The notes below the pieces were generated by a model, which was not told where the DNA came from, did no database searches, and saw nothing but the letters and a program-made list of their open reading frames with translations. Both the position numbers and the translations under genes were made by a program. Positions 26,628-36,220 of a stretch of 53,109 nt of DNA are shown piece after piece. Each line of letters starts with the position of its first letter. Position 1 is the first letter of the stretch. The stretch covers positions 1 through 53,109 of the IMG/VR virus record IMGVR_UViG_3300037421_000066; one strand, written 5' to 3'. Source of the stretch: a virus. Its lineage: Duplodnaviria; Caudoviricetes.

Positions 26628-29228
26628 ATGCCGCTAACCCAAGATCAACTTCAGGCAACGACGGCCGCGACGCCTCCTCCGTTGCTTCCGCCAGGTACGA
26701 CTCCGACGCCCAAGCCGCAAACTCTGCCGTCGCACGCGGGAGCGGTGCCATCGGTACAGGCTGAGGCGCTAAAGCTGCTCACTCCGTTCTTGCCGGTTGC
26801 GACAGGAGCCGCGCGCGTGGCCGGTACGGGCGTTAGTAAAACGTTCGACGTACTCAACCGCCTGAGCGCAGCGAATCAGGCTCGTATCCTGCGCGGGCCG
26901 CAAGCCTACGACCAAACGCTTATGCACTCGATAACGCCTGAGCAGTACCAGGCTGATACGGCGGCTGTTGCTAGACGCGACATGGCGAACGATCGTGCCT
27001 TTGGTTTGATGCCGCTACTGCCTTCGTTTGGGCCGCGCATTGGCAAGCCGATGACCAAGGCTGAGTATGACGCCATGCCTGGGTGGTGGCATCAGGCGGT
27101 CGAGTTGGAAACGCAGATTCGGCATGACCCGCTGACCTACGCTGGCGGAGCGGGGATTCTTGAGCATTTGACCGAGGCGATTACCTCGCGGTCGGTTGTC
27201 CCGCTGTCGCGGGCCATTGAAGGGATGCTCTCTAGCGCGAATGATGAGGTTCGTTCGGCCGGCAAGGGGCTTGCGTGGGCTTACGACAAGACGCATTTCA
27301 AGGGCGCAACGCAGAGGACTTTAGCGGCAAAGTACGGCGACGAGGGTCTGCACTACTTTCGCGGGCTGAAGGCAATCAACAACGCTCGCCGTTCGAAGGG
27401 CGGCGGTTTGTCGCATGAGCTTCTGTCGCAGTACGACTCGGTTACGAAAGGCTTGAGCGAACCCGAGGAGATGCAACTCTACGACGCCATCCATAGCGGA
27501 GCCGTCGCGAAGTTGCCGCCGAACCTTGCGATGCGTGCGGCGAAGTTCAAACAGGTCACCGATTCGCTCGCGCATCTTGAGGGGACCGGCGCCCTACAAG
27601 CCCTGCTAGCTAAGGGCGGCACGGTAGAACATGGTGCCGGAAGGACCACTGAGATTCCAGGCGGATTCGAACTAAATAAAGCCTTGCGTCCGTTCGAGAG
27701 TGCAGAGCCGCGCGGCTTGCAGGGGTCAGCCTCCTTCAAAGGCGATTACGTTCCGACGCAACACGCCGTAAGCAAAGGCGTTGAGCAAATACCGAAAGGT
27801 AGCCTTCTGCACTTAGACGAGCCTGCCACCTCCGATGCGCGTTCGCTTTCGGAGATTCTGCGGGCGCCAACGGAAGAAGCCGAACGCAAGACGCCGGGGC
27901 TCAACGCCGAGGATAAGGCTCTGCTCGAACGCGGCGAGGGCGCGAAGCTGCTTGGCCCCGCGTTGCAACGGCGCGTAATCGAGGCTCGCCTCAAGGGCGG
28001 AGCGCAAGCGATTGCCGCTCACGATGCGGAACAGCAGGTGGCAAAGCTCTTTGGAAAAGAGTCGTGGGCGAAGGTTCCCAATGACGCCAAAGCCTTCTTC
28101 CAGGAAACATGGAATGAGCCAGGCGGAGCAGAGTTCTGGGGCGGGTTATTCAAGAAAGGCATTGACATTCCCAAAGCCGCGCTTTTCGCGTTGCCGTTCC
28201 GTCACATGGCGAACATCGCATCGCTATCGTTCCTGGCCGACCCGTCGCTCGCGCAGACCTTTGGCACGGCGGGGCGCTTCATGCGACTAATTTTGACCAA
28301 GGACCCGGAAGTTCGCCAAAAGATTATGGGCAAGGCTGGGGAGTACGGAATAGGCGCAACCTCATTCGACCGCAGGCCAGGATGGGTTGGGGAGATACCG
28401 CTTCTCGGCAAGCTCTACAAGGCGTCGAATCATACGCTTTGGACCTTTGACGACGCAGCGAAAGCTACGCGCTTCGACCGCCTGCTCAAGAAGTTCACGG
28501 CCGAGGGAATGGACGAAGCGCACGCGGCGTATCAGGCAGCCGATCGCGTCGGCGCGGAGATGGTGGACTACTCCAACAGTTCGCCTCTCACCGAGATTCT
28601 GCGGTATATTTTTCCGTTCGCATCATGGCGCACGAAGTTCCCGCTTGCCGTTGCGGGCTCAGTGGCGCGGCATCCCGAGGTGGCGACGAACATCGGCCGC
28701 GTGGCCCCCGAGATGGTCGGGGACATTCAGCAGGCTCCCGGCCTAACGCAGTACGGCGAGCAGAAGGGCGGCAAGTCAAACCTGCCGCTAGCCGAGGTAT
28801 TCCGAGGGGTTGAAAATCCGTGGGAGTTCGGTCGCGCCGCGCTGGGCTACCCCGCGCAGATGGCCGCCTCGGCGCTTGGCATCCACAGCGACGATTACAA
28901 AAACTATATGACCTACGGCAAGGACCCCGACCTGAAGTTCCTGCTCAACGCCACGGTCGGGCAGTTCCCGTTCGCGTCGTTCGGACTGAGCAAAGCCGGG
29001 CTAGGAGAGTTCCAGAGCCAGGGTGATCTGTCCGGGTCGGTCGGCCAGCAGCTCGGCTTCACGCAGACTCACGGCCCTTCGCCGCAGCAGCAAGAAACGG
29101 CGATGTACGTCCAGCAGAAGCTCGCCGAGATTTCCGCCGCTCGTCAGGCCAAGCAGCCCGAGCTGGTCAAAGCTATTGAGGGGGACCTGAAATACTACCT
29201 CAAGAGCCACCAGCAATATGAGAAGTAG
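26628..29228 (+). CDS. Large internal virion / ejection protein 3
   Basis: 866 aa, helical; MVDYS...LRYIFPFASW motif typical of large podovirus ejection proteins. Confidence 0.75.
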   Translation: MPLTQDQLQATTAATPPPLLPPGTTPTPKPQTLPSHAGAVPSVQAEALKLLTPFLPVATGAARVAGTGVSKTFDVLNRLSAANQARILRGPQAYDQTLMHSITPEQYQADTAAVARRDMANDRAFGLMPLLPSFGPRIGKPMTKAEYDAMPGWWHQAVELETQIRHDPLTYAGGAGILEHLTEAITSRSVVPLSRAIEGMLSSANDEVRSAGKGLAWAYDKTHFKGATQRTLAAKYGDEGLHYFRGLKAINNARRSKGGGLSHELLSQYDSVTKGLSEPEEMQLYDAIHSGAVAKLPPNLAMRAAKFKQVTDSLAHLEGTGALQALLAKGGTVEHGAGRTTEIPGGFELNKALRPFESAEPRGLQGSASFKGDYVPTQHAVSKGVEQIPKGSLLHLDEPATSDARSLSEILRAPTEEAERKTPGLNAEDKALLERGEGAKLLGPALQRRVIEARLKGGAQAIAAHDAEQQVAKLFGKESWAKVPNDAKAFFQETWNEPGGAEFWGGLFKKGIDIPKAALFALPFRHMANIASLSFLADPSLAQTFGTAGRFMRLILTKDPEVRQKIMGKAGEYGIGATSFDRRPGWVGEIPLLGKLYKASNHTLWTFDDAAKATRFDRLLKKFTAEGMDEAHAAYQAADRVGAEMVDYSNSSPLTEILRYIFPFASWRTKFPLAVAGSVARHPEVATNIGRVAPEMVGDIQQAPGLTQYGEQKGGKSNLPLAEVFRGVENPWEFGRAALGYPAQMAASALGIHSDDYKNYMTYGKDPDLKFLLNATVGQFPFASFGLSKAGLGEFQSQGDLSGSVGQQLGFTQTHGPSPQQQETAMYVQQKLAEISAARQAKQPELVKAIEGDLKYYLKSHQQYEK

Positions 29229-29262
29229 CCCAATGTTAAAATGCACCCCAGGAGGTCGCACC

Positions 29263-30684
29263 TTGAGGAATCCTATTCGCCGCCTTTTCGCGCTAGTCGG
29301 GACGCTAACCGTCGTGCTGGCCTTCTGCGCCATGCGGCTGCCTGGGAACGCCCAGGCGGTCGTCGGGCCGATCACGCAGGCGTTCACGGGCCCCGGCAGC
29401 CCTGGAATCCGCGCCTGCGGGCTGAAGGGTCAGAACTCTGCTACCTTTCAGGAAGTTGGTACGCCCGGTCCGACCGACGCCTACGTTGGGAACGACGGCG
29501 TTAGCTGGACGCCTACTGTTATTACGACAATGGCTGCAGCGGTTCAAAGCCAGCCGTTTACTCCGACAAACGGGGTCACCTATCAGGTCACCCCGACGAC
29601 CGCCGACTGCGTGCTGATTGCCCCCGATAGCACTTGGGGAGCGCAGAACGCAACGGTCACGGCGCGTATCTCTACCTCCATCTCTCGGCTTCAAGGCGGG
29701 GTAGGCCCATCCGGCCCCCCGGGCCCTACGGGACCGCCAGGAGTGCCAGCGCCGACGATCTGCCCCTCGGCGGGTGCGAACATCAACATTACGGGAACAT
29801 ATCCCTGTACCATTGCAGCTAGCCCGATTCCGAGTCCACAAATAACGTCTGGTGCTTGCGCGAGTTCCCCGACGATTACGGGCGTTCCGCCGCTTGAAAC
29901 GTATACTGTGCCAAACTGCACCGCGGGGCCCGCTCTGCCGCTCTCGGTTCTTAACGGCGGTACGGGTCTTGCGTCTCCGAACCCAACGGTGAGCCTGGCG
30001 GCCTGCGGTGCCGTCCCAACGGAGAGCGGCTCCTTTCCGTCACAGGTAATCAACGTAGAATCGTGCGGCTATACGCCCGCGCCGCTTGTGACTTCGACGC
30101 CGTTCACCTTTACTAACACAGGCGTCCCTGGGTTGACAACCGCCGATTGGACGTTCAACTCGACGGCCGCTTCGGGGTGCGCGTCCGGAAGCAACGATCT
30201 CATATTTCAGATAACGAACACGGCGGGCAGCACCTTCAACTTTCAATGCAACAACGGTTTCTCGACGACAGCGACCGCCGCTCTAACGGGAGGCATCAAC
30301 GTCAAGGCCGTCCTTGCTACGAACATCCAGGACAGCGCCCTAGCTTCGGCAACCGCTGCGGTGCTTTGCGGCGGGACCACCATTAACTTTTCGCAATGCA
30401 CGGTCAATCAAACCGTCCACGCCTACCAAACGACGTTGACCTCCGCGTCGGGTTGCACGGCCCTTACGCAATGCGGTACTATCGCGTTCACTTTCCCAAC
30501 TGCGTATGCCGCCTCTCCGTTCTGTTCAGCGCCTGGGATTCAGGACACTTCAACGCCCGCAGACCTTTGGGTAGGCGACATTGACGCGATAAGCACTACG
30601 GCGATCACGTATAGCTACGCGACGCTCATTTCGATCGTCGGGACAAAGAACCTCACCGTGACATTTACCTGCGGTTCTGTCTAG
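29263..30684 (+). CDS. Secreted tail-fibre-like protein with Sec signal peptide (exported protein C)
   Basis: GGAGG RBS + TTG; MRNPIRRLFALVGTLTVVLAFCAMRLPGNAQA; collagen GPSGPPGPTGPPG; AGANINITGTYP, LSVLNGGTG and FTFPTAY fibre motifs; 16 mature Cys. Confidence 0.85.
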   Translation: MRNPIRRLFALVGTLTVVLAFCAMRLPGNAQAVVGPITQAFTGPGSPGIRACGLKGQNSATFQEVGTPGPTDAYVGNDGVSWTPTVITTMAAAVQSQPFTPTNGVTYQVTPTTADCVLIAPDSTWGAQNATVTARISTSISRLQGGVGPSGPPGPTGPPGVPAPTICPSAGANINITGTYPCTIAASPIPSPQITSGACASSPTITGVPPLETYTVPNCTAGPALPLSVLNGGTGLASPNPTVSLAACGAVPTESGSFPSQVINVESCGYTPAPLVTSTPFTFTNTGVPGLTTADWTFNSTAASGCASGSNDLIFQITNTAGSTFNFQCNNGFSTTATAALTGGINVKAVLATNIQDSALASATAAVLCGGTTINFSQCTVNQTVHAYQTTLTSASGCTALTQCGTIAFTFPTAYAASPFCSAPGIQDTSTPADLWVGDIDAISTTAITYSYATLISIVGTKNLTVTFTCGSV

Positions 30685-30696
30685 GAAGGAACAATC

Positions 30697-30885
30697 ATGC
30701 TAGAATTCGTAGTTTCGGCGCTCATCGCGCTGTTCGTTATCTGTGTCGTCGCAGCGATTATCTACTTTATCTTGCAAAAGATTGGCGTTCCGGCCCCGTT
30801 CCCCAACTATGTGTGGGCCGCAGCGGCGCTCGTCTTTCTAATCTGGCTGCTCAAGAACATCGGCGCGCTAGGCGTTCATCTTTAG
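30697..30885 (+). CDS. Two-TM membrane protein (holin-like)
   Basis: AAGGA RBS; two hydrophobic helices; start of lysis module. Confidence 0.6.
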   Translation: MLEFVVSALIALFVICVVAAIIYFILQKIGVPAPFPNYVWAAAALVFLIWLLKNIGALGVHL

Positions 30886-30888
30886 TGC

Positions 30889-31554
30889 ATGGCTGATGCT
30901 CCGCAACCGCCTCAGACCGTCAACGCGAAGGTCGATGAGATTCTCACAATCGTTCGGAACCAAAAGGTTCCCGACCCGATACCCCTCATTGACCCTACAG
31001 CCAATGTTTTGGCGCTCGTCAAGGCCGCGATGGAGCGGCAGGACGACCTGCGCTCTGCGGAGTCACGGCGGCTTGGTGAGATTCTCGCGTTGCAAGACAA
31101 GTGCTCACACGAAGTCGCGGAGGTCCGACTTAGAGCGCAGCAAGACCTTGCGGCGGCTGAGTCCAACCGCATCAACGCGCTCACGCTCGCGGAGTCACGG
31201 CGCATCGACGCGCTCCTTGCAGCCGCTCAAAGCGCGGTCGCTCTTGCAAGCACGAGGGCCGAGTTGACTGCCTCTGCATTGGCCGAGCGGGTCGATACGA
31301 GCGCAAAGGCGCTGGCCGCATCGGTTGTTGCGTCGGCGGAGGCGCTCGGAAAACAGGTCGCCGCTCAGAGTTCGGTGTTCGACGCGCGGCTCACGCGCTT
31401 GGAGCAGCAGGGCTACGAAATCGGCGGGCGGACTTCTCAGCGGCTGGAGGCGCGCGAATCAACCCAATGGTCGATCGGGACGGTTATCGCCAGCATGGGG
31501 TCGCTGATTGCCATTGCCTCCATCGTCATCTACGCTTTGATAGGGCACCACTAA
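30889..31554 (+). CDS. Coiled-coil protein with C-terminal TM (lysis-associated)
   Basis: Long Ala-rich coiled coil plus terminal hydrophobic helix; TAATG overlap with endolysin. Confidence 0.65.
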   Translation: MADAPQPPQTVNAKVDEILTIVRNQKVPDPIPLIDPTANVLALVKAAMERQDDLRSAESRRLGEILALQDKCSHEVAEVRLRAQQDLAAAESNRINALTLAESRRIDALLAAAQSAVALASTRAELTASALAERVDTSAKALAASVVASAEALGKQVAAQSSVFDARLTRLEQQGYEIGGRTSQRLEARESTQWSIGTVIASMGSLIAIASIVIYALIGHH

Positions 31555-32228
31555 TGCCGTTTGACCCGACAAACGGCTTCGGCGGCGGCCCACTTCTTCC
31601 CGAGGCGCTCGACGCGGGCAAAGGGCTCATGGCGGCGCTGCCCACGATCGCGCCGGGCCTTCTCACGCGCGGTTATCTGCATTGGAGTGTATCGTCCTAC
31701 GGCTCGACGTTCTCCGACTACAACGGCATGGTCGTCCTCCAAGGCGGGCGGTGGGCGCTGGTCGTCACGCACGACCCGCGCGACAACGCGCCGGGCCTCA
31801 ACGACAACGCGCCCGCGTCGCACACCTGGCATCGCAACACCGGGGCGTTCGGAATCTCGATTGCCGGAATGATGGGGGCCGACGTTCACAACTTCGGCAT
31901 CTGTCCAGTCCAGATGCACCAGCTTGAGTTCTTGTGCGCTGCCGCTGCGGCGTTTTGCGTCAAGTATGGCGTGGATACCAACGGGACGGTCGTAACAGGC
32001 TGGACGCATACCGACAACGACGGCAACCCGGTCAACACCGCCGGCGAGCACAACCTCTTGACGCACGCCGAGTGCGCGGTCATCGACGCTTATCCGTCGG
32101 AGCGGTGGGACCTCGGCTCGTTCATTCCGCTTCCGGCCGAGCTTGACCTAACGACGGCGATGCGGTCGGCGTGCGGGGATGCTTTGCGCGCTCGCGCTCA
32201 TCTCTACGCGGCGGCGTTGAAGCTATGA
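31554..32228 (+). CDS. Endolysin, N-acetylmuramoyl-L-alanine amidase (Amidase_2-like)
   Basis: YLHWS, HTWHRNTGAFGISI, LTHAE, ERWDL motifs. Confidence 0.8.
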   Translation: MPFDPTNGFGGGPLLPEALDAGKGLMAALPTIAPGLLTRGYLHWSVSSYGSTFSDYNGMVVLQGGRWALVVTHDPRDNAPGLNDNAPASHTWHRNTGAFGISIAGMMGADVHNFGICPVQMHQLEFLCAAAAAFCVKYGVDTNGTVVTGWTHTDNDGNPVNTAGEHNLLTHAECAVIDAYPSERWDLGSFIPLPAELDLTTAMRSACGDALRARAHLYAAALKL

Positions 32229-32440
32229 ACATATCGCCGAAAACCGCAGGAGCGACCGGCGGCAGCGTTACGGGAGGCGCGGTGTCGCTCATCCTGCTTT
32301 GGGTTTTCGGCCTGATTAGGCCGGATATTGTCGTCCCGAACGAAGTCGCCGTCGCCTTTTCCGTTGTGATTAGCGGCATCCTAGCGTTCGCGGGCGGCTG
32401 GCTCCCTCGTTCGACCTACTCGACGCCGCCGAGTCCCTAA
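32225..32440 (+). CDS. Holin
   Basis: 71 aa, two TM helices, ISPKT.A N-motif, coupled to endolysin. Confidence 0.7.
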   Translation: MNISPKTAGATGGSVTGGAVSLILLWVFGLIRPDIVVPNEVAVAFSVVISGILAFAGGWLPRSTYSTPPSP

Positions 32441-32441
32441 C

Positions 32442-32795
32442 ATGACCCAATGGTACGACAAGTACAATCCGAACCCACCGAAGAAAGTAGTTACTATGAG
32501 TCTCATAACATCATCCGAAAAAGCAATCCTGCTGTTCGTTGCAGGCGAGCTTACGAACAACAAGGCGGGCATCGAAGCGGTCACCGGGCCGATCGTGCTC
32601 AACGTAGTCAACGGCGCGCTCAAGGTCGCCGCTGCCGCGTTCGCCAAGCTGCCATTCGGCATGGGCGGCCTCATCGACGCGGCCTTGGCAAGCTACGTCG
32701 CGCAATACACCGACAACCTCGCGACCTATGAAGGCCAGGGCATCGACGCCCTCGCCCTCATGCTCACGAAGATTGCGAACGGACTGCCAGCGTGA
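32442..32795 (+). CDS. Lysis-module hypothetical protein (alternative start 32496)
   Basis: Amphipathic helical ORF after holin. Confidence 0.6.
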   Translation: MTQWYDKYNPNPPKKVVTMSLITSSEKAILLFVAGELTNNKAGIEAVTGPIVLNVVNGALKVAAAAFAKLPFGMGGLIDAALASYVAQYTDNLATYEGQGIDALALMLTKIANGLPA

Positions 32796-33277
32796 CTTGG
32801 CTCGGCGTCATCATCGGCATCCTGCTAGGGGTGCTCCTGAGCGCCGCGTTCGAGTATCATCACCGTCACCGCAAGCGTGCGGTGTCGCTCCACCTCATGC
32901 TCCCTATCGTCACTTACAAAGGAACAAACATCATGGCTGATATAGCCCTCGCAAACGACCTCGTTTACACCATCGGAATCGTCGGCATCGACGGAGCGGG
33001 AAACCCCGCGCCGCTCCCAGCCGGCGACGTTGCCTCAGCGGTCTCGAGCGACGCGACTGCGCTTGGCGTTACCATCGGAACCATCGGAGCAGGCGCGCCG
33101 GCCGTCGTACTCACGCCGCTCAAGCAGAACGCTACTGGCGTAACCGTCACCGTGACCGACACGGCCGGGCTGACGCAGGACGTGGCGACGTTCGACATCG
33201 GACCTGGCGTAGCCAAGAGCCTCGGCCTCGACTTCGCCAACGAAACGACGACGCCGCAGCCGGTGCCGCCTAGCTAG
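32792..33277 (+). CDS. Ig-like domain protein with N-terminal TM; internal start at 32933
   Basis: DGAGNPA...SSDATAL...VTVTVTD beta-sandwich pattern; AAAGGA RBS before the internal ATG. Confidence 0.65.
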   Translation: MTWLGVIIGILLGVLLSAAFEYHHRHRKRAVSLHLMLPIVTYKGTNIMADIALANDLVYTIGIVGIDGAGNPAPLPAGDVASAVSSDATALGVTIGTIGAGAPAVVLTPLKQNATGVTVTVTDTAGLTQDVATFDIGPGVAKSLGLDFANETTTPQPVPPS

Positions 33278-33279
33278 TC

Positions 33280-33510
33280 GTGGCAACGCGCAAGCGGAAG
33301 CGCAAGGGCGGGCGTTGGCTGCAAAAAGCTAGCGCCCGCATGAAGGCCCGCGGAACCAAAGGCAGCTACGGTCACAAGACCGTGGCGCAGATGAAGCGCG
33401 ATAAGGCGAAGGGCGGCGCGATTGCGCGTAAGGCGAATTTCGCTTTGAACGCCCACCGGATCTCCGCTCGCCGCAAGAAGCGCAGCCGTAGGCTAACGGC
33501 GCGCCGCTAA
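33280..33510 (+). CDS. Protamine-like basic protein
   Basis: K/R-rich termini, ARKANFALN core. Confidence 0.7.
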   Translation: MATRKRKRKGGRWLQKASARMKARGTKGSYGHKTVAQMKRDKAKGGAIARKANFALNAHRISARRKKRSRRLTARR

Positions 33511-33719
33511 TGCCTCTGCCGAAGCCGCTCTCGCGCCGCGCCAGCAAGAAAAAGAAGCGTCGGCGAATGTCAGAGGTAATGCACGACCTTCGCCACGGCA
33601 AGCATCACAAGGACCGAACGCGGGCTCAAGAGATTGCCATTGCGCTGAAAAGCAGCGGACAGAGCCGTAAGCGAAAGCGGACTAAGAAACGGGCTCGGCG
33701 TCGCGCTTCGCGACGATAG
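33510..33719 (+). CDS. Basic protein (DUF6496-like core)
   Basis: VMHDLRHGK...QEIAIAL core with poly-K/R tails; TAATG coupling. Confidence 0.65.
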   Translation: MPLPKPLSRRASKKKKRRRMSEVMHDLRHGKHHKDRTRAQEIAIALKSSGQSRKRKRTKKRARRRASRR

Positions 33720-34044
33720 CCTTAACGGCGTCTAGCAGCTCGTGGAAGAATCCCGCATCCATCGTGACCAGCGCCCCGTGCTCGCCCTTCTTGCGGGTGT
33801 AGAGGAACACGTTTCGCGGGGTCTTGCCGTGCTTGCGCGCATCGGCCTGCGCTGCGCGGAACATCTTGTGGTGCTCGAACTTCGAGCGCAGCTTACATTC
33901 GCATAACGCATCGAGGTCGGCTGGCATTAAAATGTCACCCGGGCCGTGCGCCGAGTTGATGCCCGAGAGCGGCGTTCGGCGTGTTCCCCAAGCCCGCGCC
34001 ACCTCCGACTCGAATCCTTTCCAACACGATCGCGAGGTGCTCAA
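33682..34044 (-). CDS. Holliday junction resolvase-like PD-(D/E)XK nuclease
   Basis: KGFESEVA...RTPLSG...GDIL...CECK motifs. Confidence 0.75.
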   Translation of the reverse strand: MSTSRSCWKGFESEVARAWGTRRTPLSGINSAHGPGDILMPADLDALCECKLRSKFEHHKMFRAAQADARKHGKTPRNVFLYTRKKGEHGALVTMDAGFFHELLDAVKAIVAKRDAEPVS

Positions 34045-34966
34045 TGCCTCGGCCCCACGTCCCACAGGTCGCGAAACTCCTCGGTCATCCGCGTCACAGA
34101 CAGCGGCGGGTACGGCACCGACGATAGCTGCAGGGTGTCAACGATGAGGCAGACTAGCCACGCTACGAAACGCACGGCGAGCCAAAGCGCGAGCATTGTC
34201 CCGGCGTAGGCTTCGAGCGTCTGCAGGAGAAGCTCAGGCATCGCGGTCCTTTCTTGTTGCTGCCCAATAGATACGCCACGGTGCCGACACGAAAAGAGTG
34301 ACTATACAGGTCCCAACTAGCCAAAACCCGACGCGATAAAACAAGTCAGTCATGCGCAAGCGCCTATCGGGACAGTTCGCGCTTCAAACCGTCATTCGCG
34401 GCGGTAAGACGCTTTATAAACTGCTCGACACTTTCTTCTTGCGGAGTACGACACTTGGGGCAGAATGTCACCCCGCGCCCGTGCTTGCAAAACTCCTCGG
34501 GCACTATGGACGTTCTTTCTGAATATATCCGATAGGAACGACTGCAAGCGCAGCACTTGCTACATCTGGAACAGCTAAGATGGCGCTGATAACCTTCGCG
34601 GTTACATCACCTTGCGGGTCATCGGGTACGGTATATACTACTTCAAATAGCGGCATTTTTGTTCTCCTTTATCAGTTATCGTATGTGTCTTGTCTCTTAA
34701 TCATAGCTCGGATACCGAGCGCAATGACGCTCGCACCTAGAACAAACGCGACAAGCAACGCGATGAGGTCGAAGCTAGTCATCGCTGCGCTCCCGGAAGC
34801 TCGCCCATTTCGGGCTGCGGGCCTATCGCGTCAAGCAGTTCGCGCTCGAAGCCGAGGCCGACGCGAGGTACGCCGTCAATGCACGAACGGCACTTGAAGA
34901 TGCCTGCGACACCTTTGGGATTCGTTCGGAACAGCGCCTTGTCGGTGCGCCCGCAACCGTCACACT

Positions 34967-35362
34967 TCACTTTTTCTCCCCCTCTCGCACCGAGAGCGCG
35001 GCTTGTTTCCGTTGCCAATAATGAACGGCGTCTATCGCAAGGAGAGCCAGCGCGTTGCAGTTGCCTCCGTCGCCGCAGGCTATAGAATGTCGGTGACAGT
35101 CACCGTGCCTCCAACTATCGCTGAGAACGTACTGCACCCAACAATCCATAGACTCATGCCAGGGGACGAGGTGTTCTTTCAGGGTCATCCATCGCGTATA
35201 GGCTTCGTCAAAGTTTACCCCATAGGTCAACTGCATCGCGGCGTTAGCATCGAGTAACTCAACGGCGGGGTCGTGCGCGGCATCGCCGCTATCCAAGCCC
35301 TCGCGCAACTCATCCAACTGCGCGGCAAGCTCGCTCGGGGTGGCGCTTGGCTGAGAGGTCAT
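34967..35362 (-). CDS. Hypothetical protein (mosaic early-gene array)
   Basis: Coupled small-gene array; C-terminus AALSVREGE shared with 35858..36220. Confidence 0.6.
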   Translation of the reverse strand: MTSQPSATPSELAAQLDELREGLDSGDAAHDPAVELLDANAAMQLTYGVNFDEAYTRWMTLKEHLVPWHESMDCWVQYVLSDSWRHGDCHRHSIACGDGGNCNALALLAIDAVHYWQRKQAALSVREGEKK

Positions 35363-35561
35363 GCCCCACCAAACACTTCCGGCGATTGAACCGACAACCC
35401 AGCAACGCTATTGAGCAGCGCGATAACGAACGACTCCCGGTCGGGTGGAAATACACCACCCTGATTTTCCTTCGCCCATGCTTGATAGGCGCGCTCTGCG
35501 GTTTCGCTCCACAGGAGCGTTAGGACAACTTTCTCCGGCGTTAGGTCACTCATATTTTACT

Positions 35562-35858
35562 TCACTCCTCGCTGGTCGCCCATTCGCCGCCACGAAAATA
35601 GCCATGCCAATCGCAGTCTCCGTCCTCGTGTGGTTGGTGGATTTTTATGCTTGGGGAAAGCGTTGGCTTGTCGCGGTTACCGTCCCAATGCCAAGCATTT
35701 GGACCCGCAACAGGAATCGTGTGCAACCGTCCGCAGCCAGGGCATCCGAACAGTAGCTTTATTGTTCCGCCTGGGTACGAATCGGAAAACCAAAAGTCGC
35801 CGCGTCGTCGTCCGTTGAGTTTCCATTGTGCCGAATCTGCAACGTGTCGTCCGGTCAT
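35562..35858 (-). CDS. DUF6527-like protein
   Basis: CPGCG..H, WHWDGN.DKPTLSPSI, C.WHGYF..G.W. Confidence 0.65.
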   Translation of the reverse strand: MTGRHVADSAQWKLNGRRRGDFWFSDSYPGGTIKLLFGCPGCGRLHTIPVAGPNAWHWDGNRDKPTLSPSIKIHQPHEDGDCDWHGYFRGGEWATSEE

Positions 35859-36220
35859 TACTCCCCCTGTCGAACCGAGAGCGCGGCTTTCCATCCGGCC
35901 CTAAAACTTGAAGCGGCGCTCGGCGCTGGCATCCCGTCGTCAATCCAGCTTGCGACCCACTCTCTGCAAGCCGTGCGTTCTTCCGCCTCCGTAACAGCAG
36001 CGGGCGCTGCCTGGTCGCGTTGCAGGGCTCCAGCCAAGTATGCGCCGACCATTTCTTCGGCCCATCGTTCGTAATAATCAGAAAAGACGGAGCCACCCAT
36101 CGTATGTTTGAAACGCGGAGATAATGCGCGACGACGACCTTCAACGTATTCTGCCGCCAGCTGCTTCACAAGCTCGCGTACCGAGGCGCGAGTATCATCC
36201 GGCATTTTTGCTCTCCTCAT
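35858..36220 (-). CDS. Hypothetical mosaic protein
   Basis: Shares QRDQAAP with the upstream gene and AALSV..GE with 34967..35362. Confidence 0.6.
   Translation of the reverse strand: MRRAKMPDDTRASVRELVKQLAAEYVEGRRRALSPRFKHTMGGSVFSDYYERWAEEMVGAYLAGALQRDQAAPAAVTEAEERTACREWVASWIDDGMPAPSAASSFRAGWKAALSVRQGE

Noticed and set aside
16596-30684. Diversity-generating retroelement acting on fibres
   Set aside because: No reverse transcriptase and no template/variable repeat pair seen
4340-33277. Genome-wide TAG/TGA stop-codon reassignment
   Set aside because: Core genes are intact in code 11; TAG and TGA stops are followed by proper starts, and read-through does not fix the two frame anomalies
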